Source: a virus (Duplodnaviria > Caudoviricetes). From it: a stretch of DNA of 30,870 bases. The translations under genes and the position numbers were made by a program. Positions 28,866-30,870 of the stretch are shown piece by piece. The stretch is taken from IMG/VR virus record IMGVR_UViG_3300042342_000377, positions 1-30,870 of that record; one strand, given 5' to 3'. Numbering within the stretch: position 1 is the first letter of the stretch; each line of letters starts with the position of its first letter. The notes below the pieces were generated by a model that saw only the letters and a list, made by a program, of their open reading frames with translations, was not told the DNA's origin and made no database searches.

Positions 28866-28874
28866 ATATTTATA
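28866..28874 (+). promoter_or_regulatory. ATATTTATA motif, putative late promoter
   Basis: Begins 35 nt before ATG 28901. Confidence 0.6.
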
Positions 28875-28900
28875 CATAGACAATTTTAAATTAAAATAAA

Positions 28901-29197
28901 ATGGCGATTATCAATCAAAAAAACACAAGCAAATTAGGCTTAACCGCTAATGGATTAGCAGCTAACAAATTTGGATACTTTGCAGGTACCATAACTGATA
29001 AATTACACAATCAGTATTCAGTACATACAGATCCACAAGTTAAATTAGTTGATTTTAATGGTTCTTCTAAAGTTAGAAAAGAATCTACATTAGACGAATT
29101 AGATTCAAAAGCACCACGTAACCCACGTGCAAAAAGCTACAAATCAAAATCAGGTCGCAAATATAGCGATTTAGGTCCAACAGAAGGTCGTTACTAA
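28901..29197 (+). CDS. Hypothetical basic protein (98 aa), tail module
   Basis: Clean ORF with A-rich leader directly after the tape measure gene. Confidence 0.7.
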   Translation: MAIINQKNTSKLGLTANGLAANKFGYFAGTITDKLHNQYSVHTDPQVKLVDFNGSSKVRKESTLDELDSKAPRNPRAKSYKSKSGRKYSDLGPTEGRY

Positions 29198-29212
29198 TAA
29201 ACCAATTAAGGG

Positions 29213-30870
29213 ATGCCTATAATTAAACAACTAAACGCTACTAAGTTTCGTAGCTTAAAGTATGGTAATGATACCTCAGACGGAGGTAGCAGCAGGCAGC
29301 CTTATATGAAGGTTGAATTAAAAGACATTGATAAACCTTTCACTAAATTAAGACTTACTAAATTTGATGATGGTTTAATTAGAGGTGGAGCTGTAGGAGC
29401 ATTAAATGCTGCTGCAGTTGATACACTTCGTATAGGTAAATTTTTTAAAGATTTACCAAAAGGACCATTATTCTTAATTAAACAAGTAGGCTTACAGTTA
29501 TCTAATCCTAGATTAGAAGCTAAAAAAGGTGCTAGTAGATTTTTAAGTAGTGTAGGTCCAACTCGTATCTATAATTTAGGTATTAATACAATTGCTCAAG
29601 TTCCTCTTAATGCATTTGGTGGTCATTTAGTAAGACATGGTTTATTGCCCGTAATGAATGATAATACTAAGTATTTAAGTGTAGCAACTGAGAATAATAA
29701 ATGGGGTGAAGATAATTTAGGTTCTCAAAACAACAGATTAGTTGGTTTAAGAAATAAATTTAACTTAGGAGATGGTGAAACTGAAATTAGTGTAACTTTA
29801 CAAGAAGCTAAAGCAACTAATAGACAGAATAATAGAGATGGAAGAGAAGCTAATAGAGAAGCTAATAAAATAGGAAGAAAGGTTAATAGGTTAAATAATA
29901 AATATGAAAGACAATTTAATAATGACCTTAATAAACTAAGAAGACAATTTAATAGAATAGACAATAGAGAAGGAAGACAATTTAATAGATCTATTAATAA
30001 AATAGGAAGAGAGAATAATAGAAATACTAATAAACAGGGAAGACAAGATAATAGATCTGTAAACCAAAATACAAGAGAAGGAGCTAAAATTGAAGGATTT
30101 GAATTTACTCGTTCTAAATTTGAACGCTCTACATATGAACGTTCTTCATTTGAACGTACTGAATTTGAACGTTCTACATTTGATCGTTCTACATTCCGTC
30201 GTACTAGTTTTAAAAGAAACAAAATAAACATAGGTGATTATGCTATTGATAACTATATTGGTGGACCTGGGTCAGTATATGGTATAGGAAGAACTATTAT
30301 TAATAGATATAATTTTACTGAAGATAAGATAAAAATTGATGAGGCTCTTGAAAATGCTAAATGGGCAACAGCTTTTGGAACACTATCAGTTAATCCTTTA
30401 ACAGAACCAAGTGAGTATGTTGATGTTAGTGGTAAACATATTACAGGGGCCATTACAGTACCTTTTATTGAACTCCCTAGCGGAAATAATTTAGAAAATG
30501 ATCAGTTTAAAGTACTAGGAAGAAAAAAACAACCAGAAAGTTTTCTCTATGATGCTGATGCAACTGAAAGTAAACTACAAAAGGCTGTTGGTAGTGGTAA
30601 CATCGACACCAACCCATTCTATAGGAGCTGGACTATGAGTAATACTTTTGGAACAGATCATAACCCCCAAATAAACCCATCTGTAGAAACTCCTAATGAT
30701 AAGTTTAATGTAATAAAATCCGCTTTAGAAGTTTTTGATAAAGATAAAATTAAATATAAAGATGAAGACCCAACTTATATTGGTGGAATAAGAGAAATAA
30801 AAAGACAAAAATCCATTACAATTCAGGGTGATACAAATATAACAGATACAAGAACTAATAAAACAATAAC
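29213..30870 (+). CDS. Large putative tail/baseplate protein, 3'-truncated (absent from the ORF track)
   Basis: Manual translation from ATG 29213 (MPIIKQLNATKFRSLKYGND...KQVGLQLSNP...) finds no stop before the window end. Function inferred from position only. Confidence 0.8.
   Translation, partial: MPIIKQLNATKFRSLKYGNDTSDGGSSRQPYMKVELKDIDKPFTKLRLTKFDDGLIRGGAVGALNAAAVDTLRIGKFFKDLPKGPLFLIKQVGLQLSNPRLEAKKGASRFLSSVGPTRIYNLGINTIAQVPLNAFGGHLVRHGLLPVMNDNTKYLSVATENNKWGEDNLGSQNNRLVGLRNKFNLGDGETEISVTLQEAKATNRQNNRDGREANREANKIGRKVNRLNNKYERQFNNDLNKLRRQFNRIDNREGRQFNRSINKIGRENNRNTNKQGRQDNRSVNQNTREGAKIEGFEFTRSKFERSTYERSSFERTEFERSTFDRSTFRRTSFKRNKINIGDYAIDNYIGGPGSVYGIGRTIINRYNFTEDKIKIDEALENAKWATAFGTLSVNPLTEPSEYVDVSGKHITGAITVPFIELPSGNNLENDQFKVLGRKKQPESFLYDADATESKLQKAVGSGNIDTNPFYRSWTMSNTFGTDHNPQINPSVETPNDKFNVIKSALEVFDKDKIKYKDEDPTYIGGIREIKRQKSITIQGDTNITDTRTNKTI
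29819..30082 (+). repeat. Eight 11-aa (33-nt) Asn/Arg-rich coding repeats
   Basis: NRQNNRDGREA NREANKIGRKV NRLNNKYERQF NNDLNKLRRQF NRIDNREGRQF NRSINKIGREN NRNTNKQGRQD NRSVNQNTREG. Confidence 0.85.
30104..30223 (+). repeat. Eight 5-aa (15-nt) coding repeats, consensus FERST
   Basis: FTRSK FERST YERSS FERTE FERST FDRST FRRTS FKRNK; DNA unit close to tttgaacgttctaca. Confidence 0.9.

Noticed and set aside
29725-30453. Antisense ORFs of 168 and 66 aa at the right end
   Set aside because: Shadows of the long plus-strand ORF starting at 29213, which the track missed because it has no stop in the window.
1-30870. Stop-codon reassignment (alternative genetic code)
   Set aside because: The standard code gives long intact genes at high density; the few TAG stops (14244, 25897, 26150) fall at plausible gene ends.
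1-30870. tRNA, rRNA, integrase, transposase or intron/intein
   Set aside because: Intergenic gaps are all under about 100 nt and contain only hairpins and promoter-like motifs; no such signatures were recognised by eye.

Overview
AT-rich, all-plus-strand, densely coding segment of a large contractile-tailed (myovirus-type) phage, most likely infecting Bacteroidota. Evidence for the host: A-rich, SD-less start regions, GNVGIG fibre repeats and a TTTG-N20-TAnnTTTG promoter. Left part: a 5'-truncated fibre-like gene and three collagen-like (Gly-X-Gln) fibre genes, each ending in a peptidase-S74-type intramolecular chaperone. Two of the three are followed by Cys-rich small proteins and a paralogous ~77-aa 'MINYY' protein. 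Between fibres 2 and 3 lies a six-gene enzyme operon (two 2OG-Fe(II) oxygenases, three GT-A/GT2-type glycosyltransferase genes, one SAM methyltransferase) with its own host-type promoter. This is the best candidate for an undescribed system: possible hydroxylation, glycosylation and methylation of virion collagen fibres. Right part: tail sheath, tail tube, a chaperone/hub gene pair with a probable +1/-2 frameshift at T7, a tape measure protein, and a 3'-truncated ORF missing from the ORF track that carries 8x11-aa plus 8x5-aa repeats. A recurrent ATATTTAT(A) motif about 30 nt upstream of structural genes is a candidate phage late promoter. All calls come from motif reading only; no searches were run.
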